Under the pieces are notes generated by a model. It ran no database searches and was not told the origin of the DNA. It was given only the letters and a program-made list of their open reading frames with translations. The translations under genes and the position numbers were made by a program. DNA of 63,302 bases, filler included, from Reclinomonas americana ATCC 50394 (taxonomy: Eukaryota): the NCBI GenBank assembly GCA_048213135.1. It is 16 parts of 16 records of this genome, joined end to end, with 100 filler letters (N's around TTAATTAATTAA, not from the genome) between each part and the next. Parts side by side here need not be neighbours in the genome. Positions count along the whole stretch, not along the records: positions 12,920 to 20,640 come from AFZH01022826.1; positions 20,741 to 23,591 come from AFZH01022828.1; positions 23,692 to 26,197 come from AFZH01022829.1; 13 more parts are not named here. One strand, given 5' to 3'. Below, in pieces: positions 12,920 to 25,460 of this stretch. Within the stretch, counting starts at the first letter, position 1; each line of letters begins with the position of its first letter.

Positions 12920-15900
12920 CACCACCTGATTGCGCAGTGCTGTCGTCAGGTTCGAGAGCACCGGTGCAGCGGTCCACGTAGTGTCTGCCGATGGCTGTAT
13001 GTCGCCACGCTGACATGTCAGTGGAGAGCTGAACAGAAAACAAAGGGAGAGCGCGGCAGGCACACACACCGAGATACCACGATCGACCAGCATGAGCTGT
13101 CGGAGCGTGTCCAGCATCTCCACCTTGGGCATCGCCGGCACAACTTCGGGAATTACCAGCAAATTGAACCTGGTGTGTTACCGCACGATTGTGTGAGCAC
13201 ACAAGACGATACATACATGTGCGTGCTGCATGCGCGCTCGCCAAACCATGTGATGGTGCCTTCACGAATTTGACCCTCCAGAATGAAGGCCGCAGTGCCG
13301 AGGCACCGCACATCGTCACGACAAGCGGTGAATCCGCTCGCGAACGTGGTACTCTTGTCAGAGGGCGTGGGCTCCAACGGTCGTCCCCAGGTGGTGGTCG
13401 CCGCCTCCCACGGACCAATGGCGCCGTACTCGGTGAGCATCCACGGCTGCTGATAGTCTGCGCGGAGAAGGGTCAGCGTCCACGAACACATTTGCCAATA
13501 AAAAAACAGACGCACTCTGATTGTCGAGTTCGCCAGGAGAGAACGATGCACTGGCAAAGGCGTTGGCTCCCAGCACGTCAATGTTAGGCATGTTGGTTTG
13601 TTTCTGCACCAGTCCTGATGAGTGTATGTGCAAGCAAGGCACATAAGGAAACAGACGCACCAGAGCTGCTTTGCCGAGGAACACCGACGCCACCGTGGTT
13701 ATGGTCAAGTGATTGGGGTCTGCGGCCTTGACGGCTGCGGCTACCTTGTCGACGCCAGCAAAGATCCGCGACCATTGACTCTGCGTGCGGGAAGCGAGGG
13801 GAATAATGTGAGAAAGGACGCACAGTGCAAGAAACAAAATGTGTGTGCAGTACCTGCGCCGCCTGCAGTTCAGTCTCGTTGCCCAGCACCCACGCCATCA
13901 CAGCCGGGTGATTCTTGTACTTGTTGACATTGGCCACCACTGCAGCCACCTGCGCCAGCTCGGCCGCGCTTCCCGAACCATCTGACGATGAAATGTGAGC
14001 GACGGTGAATCCTTTTCCTCAAGACTGCGCAGACGCAACAGGTGACAGTGGTGCCGTCGACGGCCAAGTCCATGCCCACGAGACTACACGCAGAACAGCA
14101 CGTCAGCGCAGCAAGGAGAGGAAGTAAGAGGTGGAAAAATATACGCAACACTTTCACGCCCTCGGAGTAGGCCTTGTCAAGGAACGTACCACCTGCATGA
14201 CACACGTACACATGAGTGCGTGACGGTGACGAGCCGCTGGTCGTTATTCTTGTGTCACACACACCATTCAGCTGCTCAATCTGGTAGGTGCGCACAGTGT
14301 TGCCACCACCTTGCACAAACGCTGTTCTGTCACCAACACCACTGGCTCCGTAGATGCGATAGGGGGCACCACACACTTGCAGGTTCCACCTGCTGCGCGA
14401 GCCCAATGTACCGCCGGCGACCACTGTAGTTGAGAGAGTGCGCAGTGGTGAGTGGGCCTGGAAATATAGCCTGCACGCGTCAGATGACCAATGACAATTA
14501 CCTTGTGCAGTAGAGACGCAACCGTCCACCTGCGTTGCGAGACAAAGAGATAGTACGGTATGGTGAGACAAGGTGAAACCGGCTACAGTCAAGGTAACTG
14601 CAAGACGCAACGCATTTGTCAGCGGTCGTACAAGGCGAGCCGCAGGTTGTGCCCTTGAAGCCCGGGGCGCAACGACTGTGCGCATCGTGTCAGTCTGGTG
14701 CTCTCACGATCATCGAGACGACAGGAAGACATCGCACGTACCACGTGTTGGATGGCAAGCACACACCGCCGTTCAGCTGCGCAGTAGTGCATTCAGTAAG
14801 AAAATTGGAGAGCACATGAATCGTTTCTCTTGGGTCTCTGCATTGCGCAACACAGCCACTGGTGGAACAGCCGGTGCCGGTCGAAGCAGTGATGGTGAAA
14901 GACTTGGTCAGCTTCGCTCCATGCGCATCTGTTGCCGTGACCGAAATGGGGATTGCTGCGCATCACACCCTGGTGAGTACGATGTATTTATCACTCAACG
15001 TGCACGAGCTCGCCAACACGCACATGCAAGAGTGAGCCCGGCAACCTTGCTGACAAGCGACATGCCACTGACAGCCAGTGACGACGACGCGTCGGTGAGT
15101 GTGAGCGTGAAGGTGTCGCCCACATCGGGGTCCGACACCGTGACGGTGGCAATGACAGCATTCAGTGCAGCCGGCGGCACGTAGATGAGCGACGAGAGAG
15201 TGATGTCCGTCGGTGGCTGATTGGAGGCATTCAGCGCAAAGGCTTTCTGGAAGGACAAGCCAGCAGAGTTCGTACTGCTGACGGTGAAGATCAGCGGTGC
15301 CTCTGCATGCAATAACAACAACAAGTCAGAACAGTCACACTATCGCGCTTCCTCATTGCAACGCAACTCGACAGGTTGTTCACGGCGGCCTTTAGTGACG
15401 ACCCACTGAATGTCAGCAACGCGGCATCCGTGCCTGACAGTGAATACGAAAATGAAGTATGCGTGGGATCCGGGTCGGTGGTGGAGAACACGGCAATGGT
15501 GGTGCCGAGAGCCACCGGTGGCAGATACGAGAAGGAGGTGATGGTGATGTCGGTCGGCGCCGACGCGGACATGCCAGTGAACACAAACTGCTTCTGGAAG
15601 GTCACTCCATTCGCGTCCTTGGCCTGCAGCTGCACGGTCAGCGATGTGTCGGTGAGACCGGCCACCGCGCTCTGGAGCTGTGTGTTGCTGATTGCGAGCT
15701 TGCTGGCCGACGTGCCACCAGTGATCGTAAATGTGCACGTCACTGTTCACCACCCGGGTGAGCTTCCTTCTGGCGACAATGAATGCAAAGAACAAGTGCG
15801 CCAACCTGCGGCGCCAGTAGTGTCGACAGCCGACAGTGTGGCGATGACGGCATTCAGCGCCAGCGGTGTGGTGTAGGTCGTCGCTGACACGCGAATGTCG

Positions 15901-18900
15901 GCCTGTGGTGGGCAGCAGGAGACAGCATTGAGTTGTCGCACGTCATGAAGGAGCTACAACAATGCAACGTACCGGTCCCGGTTGCGTTGTAGTGCCGCCG
16001 CAGGTGACAGGATCCTTGCCGGTCACACACTGGCACTTGTCGCCAAAGTACGGACTGAAGCACACACATGTGCCAGCCGCCTGCACGTATGCATGTGTGA
16101 GGGAAGAGACCTGACACCAGTCGAGAGCACCACCGGAAGTCAACTCACCGTGCACTGTCCGCGGCCATTACACGTCTGCCACGAAGAAACAACGACAACA
16201 AGTCAGTTGCAGATCTACAACTCATCTCTCCGTGTGTGAATAGCTCGTAACTTCCACTGGTCGGCACTGGCAATTGGCACCACCAATGCCGGCAAAGCAC
16301 ACGCACTGGTTGTTGGCGTTACACAGGCCACTGCCATTGCAGGTCTTGTAGAAATCGCACGTGTCGGTCTGGTCGCAGGCGGGGCCCTTCCAGCCCGCAT
16401 TGCACACGCAAGAGCCGTCCTTGGCCGACGCGTTGCAGGTACCATTGGCGCCACACGATGACTTGAGGCACGCGCAGTTGGCACCACCGTACGCGGCGGG
16501 ACATGTGCACGCGCCGGTGCCTGTTGCGCCATCGGAGCACGTGCCTCCATTCATGCACACGCACTTCCCAGAGCAGTCGGCACCGTAGAAGCCTGAGGAG
16601 GGAAGAGGTGAGAGCTTGATTTGAGGTGGAAGGAAGCGAGCGCAGAATCAGACTGACCAGCTTTGCACACGCAGGTGAGGTTGGACTGGCATGTTCCGTT
16701 TCCGGAGCTGCATTATCGCGTGTGTGTGCGCGGCGGTGAGTGGTCGTGACGCGCACGCATTCAGTGAACAAAAAGGAGGCCAAACCAGTTGACAGCGTCC
16801 TCACACTGGCACTTGTCGCCGGCGAAACCCATGGTGCACACGCATGTTCCGCTCGTGGAGCCTGCGCGAGAGATGCCTGTGAGAATTCGCTGGAGAGCAC
16901 TCGCCACACATCGATTTTTGCGCAACAGAATCCGTGATTGCTGCAGCTCGTCGCGGCATTGCACTGGCACTGAGAACCGGCGGCTCCTGTCTTGCACACG
17001 CAGCCGGTGCCGGTCTTGCCCGCAGAGCACGAGGCGGTGTTGGTGGCGACACACGTAGTGCAATCGCCAGCGCACATGGCGCCAAAGTGATCGGCAGCGC
17101 ACTGGTCGCACAACTTGCCGGTGAATCCGGTCTTGCACACACAGCTACCAGCGGTGCCAGACGTGCACTTGGAAGTCCCCTGTGCATCGCAGCTGGTGCA
17201 CAAGTCTGCGCAAGTGGCACCGTAGCGATCGGTCGTGCAGTCGGCACAGAAGGGAGCCGCGAAACCGGCGTCGCACACGCAGGAACCTGTGCACCATCCA
17301 GCGGTTATGACTTGGAGACACACAGATATTAAGCGTGCATGCGCACCAGAGCTGCACGTTCCGTGCCCGCTGCACGTCTGAACCGGATCACAGAACTTGC
17401 TCGAGCACGAGGCACCAGTCCACCCCGGAGTGCACAGGCAAGTGCCATCCGTCTGACAGGTGCCATTGCCACTGCAAGTGGTGGCATTCGAGCACTGGCA
17501 CGAGGCGCCACCGAATCCCGTGTCACTACAGCGAGGATCCGATTTGGTGAGACAGAGTAACTGTGCTGTGTGTTGTGTTCTGCAACTGCTACACATACGC
17601 ACCATGTGCATCCACCGGCGGCGTTGCAAGTGCCGTGTCCATTGCTTTGTGCAAATCACTGGTGAGGAGGATAACATGCGAATTGTGCACAACGGACAAT
17701 CAACAAACTCACCAGGTGGTGGCATTGGAGCACTTGCAGTTGGGACCGCCGAATCCACTGGCGCACGAGCACACAGCCTTGCCAAAGGTGCTTGCGGCCG
17801 TGCACGAGCCGTTGGGAGAGTTGCTGCACAAAGCAGGGAAGGTGAGTGTGGCAATCGAAATCACTGCATGAGACGCACAACCGCCCCGCACCAGTCGACC
17901 GTGTGAGAGCACGAGCAGTCGCTGCCTGCCCACCCGGTGGCGCACGCGCAAGTTCCATCGGTGTTGCAAGTGCCGTGCCCGTTGCATGTGACAAGTGGAT
18001 TGCAGTTGCAGCTGGCGTTCACCCAACCACTGGAACACTGGCAGGTGCCGTCGACGTTGCAAGAGCCGTGACCCGTGCTGAAAAGACGTGAGACGGTGTG
18101 CATGGTGATGGAAGGTTGTCTCTTGCACGCACCAGGTGGTAGCCGCTGAGCAGGCTCCGATTGCCTGCAGTGTAATGTCGGCCAGGAAACTGAGGCCACC
18201 TCGGTCCGTGGCCACCACTGCCAGCGAGTGCACACCGGCCAGCGGTGTGGCATTGACGATCACATTCTTGCCGGAGACGGCGAACGCAGTGCTGAACGTG
18301 TGCGTATCTCCGACATCGGGGTCGACGGCGCTGTACACGAGTTGGGAAAGTGAGCGTGTGTGCGAGAAGGCAGTGCACATTGCTGGCATGTGGACTTTAC
18401 CTCAGCTGGCCAATCACCGTGCCTGCCATATACAGAAAGAAGTAATTACTGTTGAGCACACAGGCTGAAGGCAAGGGTTACAAAGCAGACACTCACCAAG
18501 CGGACTCTGCGGATCAAAGGTGACGTTGCTGATCTGAATGCCAGTGGGTGCCCTGTTGCCGGCTGTGTGCATCACAAACAGTACAGTGTGAGAGAGAGGC
18601 CGACAACACAATATTTTGGTATCACGGCGCTCACCTGTCTGAGTGATGGTAAAGGGCACCGAGACGCTGAGACCGCCAGAGTCGGTGGACTTGACAGTGA
18701 CCGACTGCGTGCCGGTGACACCAGCAATGGCCAGCTGCAGTTTGTTGCCGCTGATCGAGAACACCGAAGCGCCGGTGACCAGTGAGTAGGTGAATGTGTC
18801 GCCGACGTTGGCGTCGACAGTGCTCAGCGTTCCCACAGTGTAGCCGGCGGGAGAGCCCGCTGGGTACGTAAGGCTGCTGAGCGAGATGCTCGTTGGTGCA

Positions 18901-20640
18901 ACGTTGACAACCACTGCAGAGATGGGATGGAGAGTGTGAGAGGAGGGATGATCGGGGACCTGAAAATGAGAGTGACAATACCTTCGTTGATGGTGAACGA
19001 CTTCTGGAATGTGTTGCCGTGGCCGTCGTTGGTCTGAATGGTGATGGCCAGTCCGCTGCCGGTGAGCCCGGCCACATTGGAGCGCAGCTGCGAGCCGCTG
19101 ATGTTGAACTTGGTGGCCGCGGCACCCGACACAATCGTATACGTAAATGTGTCGGTGGCGTCTGGATCGACCGTCGACAGGGCACCGACGACGGCATTCA
19201 GCGCAAGCGGAGGCGTGTACGAGGTGGCCGACAAGATAATGTCGGTGGGCGGTGAGTTGGTCGGTGTGCAGCCGACATTGGTGGTCGGGTTGCAGCCGCA
19301 GGTTGTTCCGGCTGGCGGGGGGTGGAGTGGAGTGAGGGAGGAAAGGAGAGAGAAAGTGGAGAGGCAGAGGGTGACGCAACTGTAGGGCGCATTGCAAATG
19401 CACTTGCCGGTGACCGCGTCACACGAGCCGCGGCCGTTGCATGTCTCTACGGGGCGGCATTCACATTGCGCACCGCCCTGTGACGCACACAGCTCATCAG
19501 TGAGTTTGCGAATGGGTGAGAGATACAATAGTGGTGACGCGTACCAGTCCAGCGTAGCACTTGCACTGACCGCCCACACAGTCGCCATTGTTGTTGCTGC
19601 GCAGACACCACCAAAGGAAGAGATCGTCAGCAAGTTATTAAAAATACGCGCACACACCACGCGAACAGGGGCGCACCAGTCGGCGCGAGTGGTGCAAGCA
19701 CCACGAGTGTGGAACCTCGCGGCACTGAGTGCCGGTGACTGAAGGGTGCTGGCTGCTGCTGCTTTGAGCTGCAGCGGATTCTCGGCCGCCAACAGCGGGC
19801 GACCTGTGGCCAAGTGAAACGGAAGATGTGCTGCGTCGATCCACGGCAAGTCATCGACAGCATACTCGATGGTTCGCGGACCAAAGCCCACGACGTCGAT
19901 ACTGTGTGCCGAGGAATGAGATCAGCGGAACGGCAACAGCACAAAGGCAGAGTGTGTGTCGACGACGAAACTTGTAGCTCTGGCCACGGAGTGCCGAGAA
20001 GCTGCACTCCAGTGCATGTGATCCTGCAGCATTGCTGAGCGGTGAGAGCAGAGACAGACAGACGGACATGTCGACAGGCACAGAGTGTGAAGAAATGCAG
20101 AGAGAAAGAGACCGCAATATGCAGGAGAGGGTTTGCGGATGACGGCATCACTTTCCAGTTATGCTTTCTACGTCTCTGTGACCTACCTCTCTGCCTCTCT
20201 CGGAGAAAAACAAGATAAGACGCGCAACCGACAAAAATGGTAAAAACAATCGACACGAAGTTTCTGCACACGAACTCGTCGCCATGCAGCACGGCCCTCT
20301 CGCATACACACAGAGGCCACAAGGGAGAGAGACGCGAAGTCACCTCATGGTCAGACAGACGGAGAGCAGGGAAAGAAATGCGATCGCCAGCGCTCTTTGG
20401 TTTTCTCTCGCATTCTCACCGTTGACGGGCGTCGCCTGTCGCGAGGAGGCGCACGTGGCTCCATTCACCGCCAGCGCCGTCGACGTGAGCTTGCCGACCT
20501 CGCGGTGAACGGCTCGCACGCGCACATTGACCGCATCTTGGACGTTACGACCCGGAGCCATGACATGCACGCGCAGTTGCGCGTGAAACAGGAAGTTCCG
20601 TCCGCTCAACGCCGCGTCCTCGCACGGCCGCGAGCCCCAA
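12920..20640 (-). CDS. Large modular protein: EGF/laminin-EGF repeats + six cadherin-like repeats + C-terminal clan GH-A (GH2-like TIM barrel) glycoside hydrolase; both ends in gaps
   Basis: Cadherin-like repeats such as NQPPTDITLSS..VIATVTVSDPDVGDTFTLTL at ~19250, 18900, 18560, 15900, 15560 and 15220. More than a dozen CxGxGxCxxxGxCxCxxGWxGxxC units. GH domain GAPYRIYGASG..GGNTVRTY..KYKNHPAVMAWVLGNE (GNE at 13875-13883)..DPNH..DVLGAN..MLTEYGAIGPWE (TEYG at 13423-13434). I traced exon phases continuously from the last cadherin repeat into the GH domain. Confidence 0.85.
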
Positions 20641-21136
20641 NNNNNNNNNNNNNNNNNNNNNNNNNNNNNNNNNNNNNNNNNNNNTTAATTAATTAANNNN
20701 NNNNNNNNNNNNNNNNNNNNNNNNNNNNNNNNNNNNNNNNTCGCGCGGCAGGACTTTTTCACCTACCGGGTACGGGGTACGGTCGACCAGAAAAAGTAGG
20801 GGACGGGGTTCTTCCCAGCAGCCCCAGCTGGGGTACAGCTGTACCCCAAGTTCGCGGTCGAAGTCGACGTCGACACAACGTCAGCAACAAGTCGATTGTT
20901 GAGAGTTCGGCACACGCTCCTCCGATCCGGATCCCTGGCGTCGGGAGCGCTGCACACATGCACACACACGCACACAAACTTGCATATTTCTGCTCTGGAT
21001 CACTCATGCCTACCTCGCGCGAGCCTGGCGGACAAACATATTTGGTCCATATTTTGCTAAGTGTTTGGTGAGCGAAACCTGTGCGCGCCTTTCTGTGTCT
21101 ATGTGTGCTTGCTGACCATCGTGTGTGCAGATTACA

Positions 21137-21832
21137 ATGAGCGATTACCAAGCTGAAGATGTGAGTGTATTATTTCTTTTGCTCTTTTTTGTTTGCTCGT
21201 GTGTGTGCACTTTTGTGTCTGTTGTTGAAGTTGAATGAGGAGCAGTGCATGCTGATCCCGTGCTCTCTCTCTGTCGCAGTTCAACCCCAACTCGTACGCC
21301 CCGGTGAACCTCAATGGTGAGTCACCATGATGATCATGCCTTTTCCTCCTCTTCTTGCTTGTCCTTCTCACTCTCATACTCACGTCCCTCTGTTCCGCAT
21401 GTTGCACAGGCGCCACTGGCGGCATTAGCATTGTGCCGTTTCGTTTAAACCTTGCGATTTTTTCTGAGTGTGAGAACACGCTCGCAATCAGCATTATTCT
21501 CACACGCTTTTTTCTCGCGCTCCTTATTTCCGTTCTCCTGCCACCACACACAGTGCTGAGGTGCGTTGCATGTGTGTATACGTACTGAGTGGAAAAGAGC
21601 AGAGAGGAGAGACAGTTTTAAGTGCTTGTATTTGTCATGCGTCTCATCGGTCCCTTGATTGTGCGAGTAGGGCGAGGTGTTTGTGCACGGCCACAACATC
21701 GACGATCACATTACGCTGACGGGCGATGGCCGGTTGCGTTGATTGCGCTTACTTTGTATTTCGTCGTTTTTTGTGTTCAACTGGTGTGCTGCGCGCAGCG
21801 TCGAGGGCGTGACCATCCACTACAACGTCTAA
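21137..21832 (+). CDS. Small six-exon orphan protein (63 aa)
   Basis: Five consecutive GT-AG introns with pyrimidine tracts join in frame to MSDYQAEDFNPNSYAPVNLNGATGGISIVPAEGEVFVHGHNIDDHITLTGDGRVEGVTIHYNV*. Includes a 7-nt exon at 21554-21560. Confidence 0.65.
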
Positions 21833-22579
21833 TCAGTGAGCAAGAGGATGGCTCGGGGGGAGTTCGTAAACGCTCTTCTCCTTGTACTGCAACGTTGACG
21901 TGCATCTTCCTTCTCACTCATCCGCACTGATGCCCAAGACCAACCGTATCCACGCACCAGTCTTGAGGACAGCAGAGCACCAAGAGGAACACGCACAGGC
22001 ACTCGTCTGCTCTCTCCAGTCTGCCACTGACGCCATGCTCGCTCGGCCAGCACCGACATGGTGGTCTTGTCTTGCACATGGTGCTGTTGCTGTCGGAGCT
22101 TCGAACAAGTCGGGAACTGCAATTTGCATCGCACGACCGCGAGGTTGAACAGCACCATGGCACACAGCCTTGCACAGCTAACTCTCTCTCTCTCTCTCTC
22201 TTGCGCGCTCTCCTCTTTCGTCGCACATCCATGAACAGCATCGCAGTCGCGTTCATTGAAGAAACTCAACGTGGAATGCTGGGGCGCAGGCGTGCACCTC
22301 ATAGCCTGTTTCACACCGTCCATCTGTGTATCGCTGGCAGACAGCTGTTCTCTGTTACCCAGCACCGTGGCAAAAGCTCACTTGAAAGCGACTTCACAAC
22401 GTCGACGTTGACCGCCCCACAAACAAATGCGAGCCACCAACTTCGAAAAGTGACCCATGAGAACAAGTAGTATGCGGCAATCTTGTCCGCTTCCGCCCTG
22501 TGAAGCGAGGCACCCGCACGAATCGCGCAATCGTGTCCTGTCAATCACTCAGCCGTTCGTTCCCCTTCACGCACACACC

Positions 22580-23226
22580 ATGGTCCAGGGAGGCTCCTCA
22601 CTGAAGCGATCCGCCGAGAAGGCCAAACCGCGTGGCCCCGTCAAGCAAAGCGCCAGCGGTAAGTGTCTTTTTTTGTCCAGGCTTGCGTGTGCATGTGCAT
22701 CTGCACTTGGCCACACACACGCTCACTCACTCTCCCCTCCTTCCTCCACACACGCAGAACTGAAGCACGTGACCAAGAGACCAAAGATGGACGCCTGCCA
22801 GAAGGTACTATACCTCCTCCTCTAATCACTCCTCTCACTGTGACTCACTCTCCTCTCTGTCACGCGCAGCAAATCGTCTCCTCAATGACACGCGAAGTCG
22901 AGGCGGCCATTTACGCGCGCGCTCACCGCGAAGTCCCGAACCTGCGCGTCGTCAAGAGCAGCATCGACTCGGCGCCACGCACCGTCAACGTGACCACGAC
23001 CACGATTCGCAACAAGGTCAAGCGCGAGCGCAAGCTCAAGAAGCTGCGCTCGCAGGCCCCCGAAGGCAGCAACCGCCTCGTCATTCCCAAGCGCAAGAAG
23101 CCCGTTGTCGTCATCTCCTCGCCGGCGCCCAAGGCCGCCGTGGCCGCCCTCACCGAGTTCGCCAAGAGCGATGGGACTGCTACAGTGGAGAAGGAGGAGG
23201 AGGCGGAGGAAACGGCAACTGAATGA
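22580..23226 (+). CDS. Small basic protein, UPF0390/DUF2462 (C19orf53-like) candidate
   Basis: Three exons: MVQGGSSLKRSAEKAKPRGPVKQSAS/ELKHVTKRPKMDACQK/QIVSSMTREVEAAIYARAHREVPNLRVVK... The MxQG start, Lys-rich body and E..I..RA....L..VK block resemble that family. Confidence 0.55.
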
Positions 23227-23591
23227 AAGCCGGTGTTACTCGTTGTTCTTGCGTCCGTGGCTCTGTGTTGAGCGATGGGACTACTGCTGTGGTGGAGGAA
23301 GACACCCAAGACAAGCCACTGGACGAAAGCCAGTGTTGCTCGTTGTTCTTCCTTCGGCGATCGCAACTGTTTCTGTCTTGGACCACTGCTGTGGAGGAAA
23401 CGGCAACTGAATGAAAGCCGGTGTTACTCGAGCTCGTTGTTCTTCCGTCCGTGTCTCTGTCTTGAGCGATGGGACTGCACCAAGATCGATATCTAGACTG
23501 AATGAAAGCCGGTGCGCCGTCCGCGATCGCAACTGTCTCTGTCTTGAGCGATGGGACTACTGCAGTGGAGGAGGAAGGTGCCAAGACAGCT
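23166..23591. repeat. Degenerate modular tandem repeat array overlapping the end of the UPF0390-like CDS
   Basis: gaggaaacggcaactgaatgaaagccggtgttactcg at ~23206 and ~23394, with a partial copy at ~23497; gagcgatgggact at ~23167, 23270, 23464 and 23545. Confidence 0.85.
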
Positions 23592-23700
23592 NNNNNNNNN
23601 NNNNNNNNNNNNNNNNNNNNNNNNNNNNNNNNNNNTTAATTAATTAANNNNNNNNNNNNNNNNNNNNNNNNNNNNNNNNNNNNNNNNNNNNCGGTCGACG

Positions 23701-23781
<81 letters not shown>

Positions 23782-23801
23782 CGTTCTCGTCGCCCTTCGC
23801 C

Positions 23802-25356
23802 ATGGTCTTATGCGTTCGTGAGCACACAGTGGTGGACTCGTTGAATCAGGTGCACGTGTCGCTGGATCGCATCGCTGCAGCGGTCAATTCTCGAACACCA
23901 TCGCAGTCATCATCGTTGCCTCCTCCTTCCAGTAGCAGTGGTGATGCGAGTCGACCGCCAGTCGAGTGCCCTGTGTGTCCCACAGTGCCGCCACCGACCA
24001 GCGGCACACAGATTCTGTCGCTGCCTGACACGCAGCAGCGGTTCTTTACGGCATTCCGCAGTTGCGCACTCCATAAGTGACACCGCATGTCGGTTTGTGC
24101 TCATTCATCCGTTGCGTGTCACAGGCAACCGAGACTGGGGCGACTGGGATGGGCAGCGCATCTTGCCGGCGGTGGCGCGCCTCTTCAATCCGCGTGTGGG
24201 TGCGTTCTGTATGGATCTCGGCGCCAATCGAGGACTGCAGGCGCTGCAGATGCTGCAGCTGCTGGCCGAGCTGGATCTGCGGCCACGTGACAAGGGGCAC
24301 CAGAAGAGCCACCAGTTCAAGGTGCCGGTGATCATTGTGGAGCCGATGCCGGGCAATGTGGAGCGCCTGCGCGAGGCTTTGGTGAGAGAGCAGTGGGCCG
24401 ATGCGGGTGCTGTCGTCGTGGCCGGGGCCGCGTGTTGCGTTTCTGAGCACGAGGTTATGTTGTGCCATTTCCGTGTCCTCTTACACCGCGTTGTGATGCG
24501 CAGCGGATCACTCGGGCACAGAGACGTTCTACACCACGGGTTCGTGTGATGTCCGTTTGCCGTGTGTGCGGTCTTGCCATTTATTTCGTGATGCGCAGGC
24601 GATGTGGGCGACTCCAAGGGCACTGTCGGCAAGCGTGGACCGCAAACCGGTGGCACGCAAGTGCAGGTGCAACTGTACACCGTCGACGAGATCATCAAGG
24701 CGAACAATCTGTGGGACAAGCCGTGCTTCATGATGAAGATTGACTGCGAGGGTCAAGACGCTCGGGTTGGTCACACCATCTCTCTCTCCTCTTATATGCC
24801 TCGTTCTCACTGGTCCACACAGATTGTGCGCGGCGCCATGAACTTCCTGAAGCAGCGCACGACGCGCTTCCTGGTCTTCGAGTACAACAGCCTGTGGAGC
24901 CTGTACCCCGAGTCGCCGACGCTGAAAGTCATCACCGACGAGCTGTATAGACTAGTGCGCATGAAGTTGCGCGCGGGGGGCAAGAGGAGGGGGAGAGTGA
25001 ATCGCTGTGCTCTGCATGCTTACCCGCTGGTGAACGCAGGTGCTTCCTCGTCAACGACGGCCTGCTGGTGCCGCTGTACGGCAAGTGGTGGCGGTCCGAG
25101 TACGAATTCAAGTTGCGTCTGCATCCTCTCCTTTTGCCCAGTGATTGCTGTTCTCACTGCTTACTGTGAACGTACCGTAGGGAATGGAGGTCGGTGGTAC
25201 CTGCTCACACACAACGCTCTCTAGATTTGCTCACCCTCGCATCACAGCAACGCATGGTGCATCCGCGACGACGACCCCGACTTCGAGCGGATATACTCGT
25301 TCTGGGCCAGCGACAGAGTCCTCGCCGCGAGCTTCCTGGCACACGACGCCAAATAG
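23802..25356 (+). CDS. FkbM-family (Methyltransf_21) SAM-dependent methyltransferase
   Basis: MDLGANRG, IIVEPMPGN, AASDHSGTETFY, LYTVDEII, MMKIDCEGQD/IVRGAMNFL..FLVFEY, EYEFK-EWS-NAWC; TAG at 25354-25356. Includes a 9-nt exon at 25181-25189. The 5' end may lie in the upstream gap. Confidence 0.88.
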
Positions 25357-25460
25357 ACACGACAAAAGCAAACACACACACACACAAATGAACGCGCCGC
25401 TTGTGTAGACCAGCAGAGGCGTTTCCGACTGTAAACCACCAATCACACTGTTTTCTTTCG

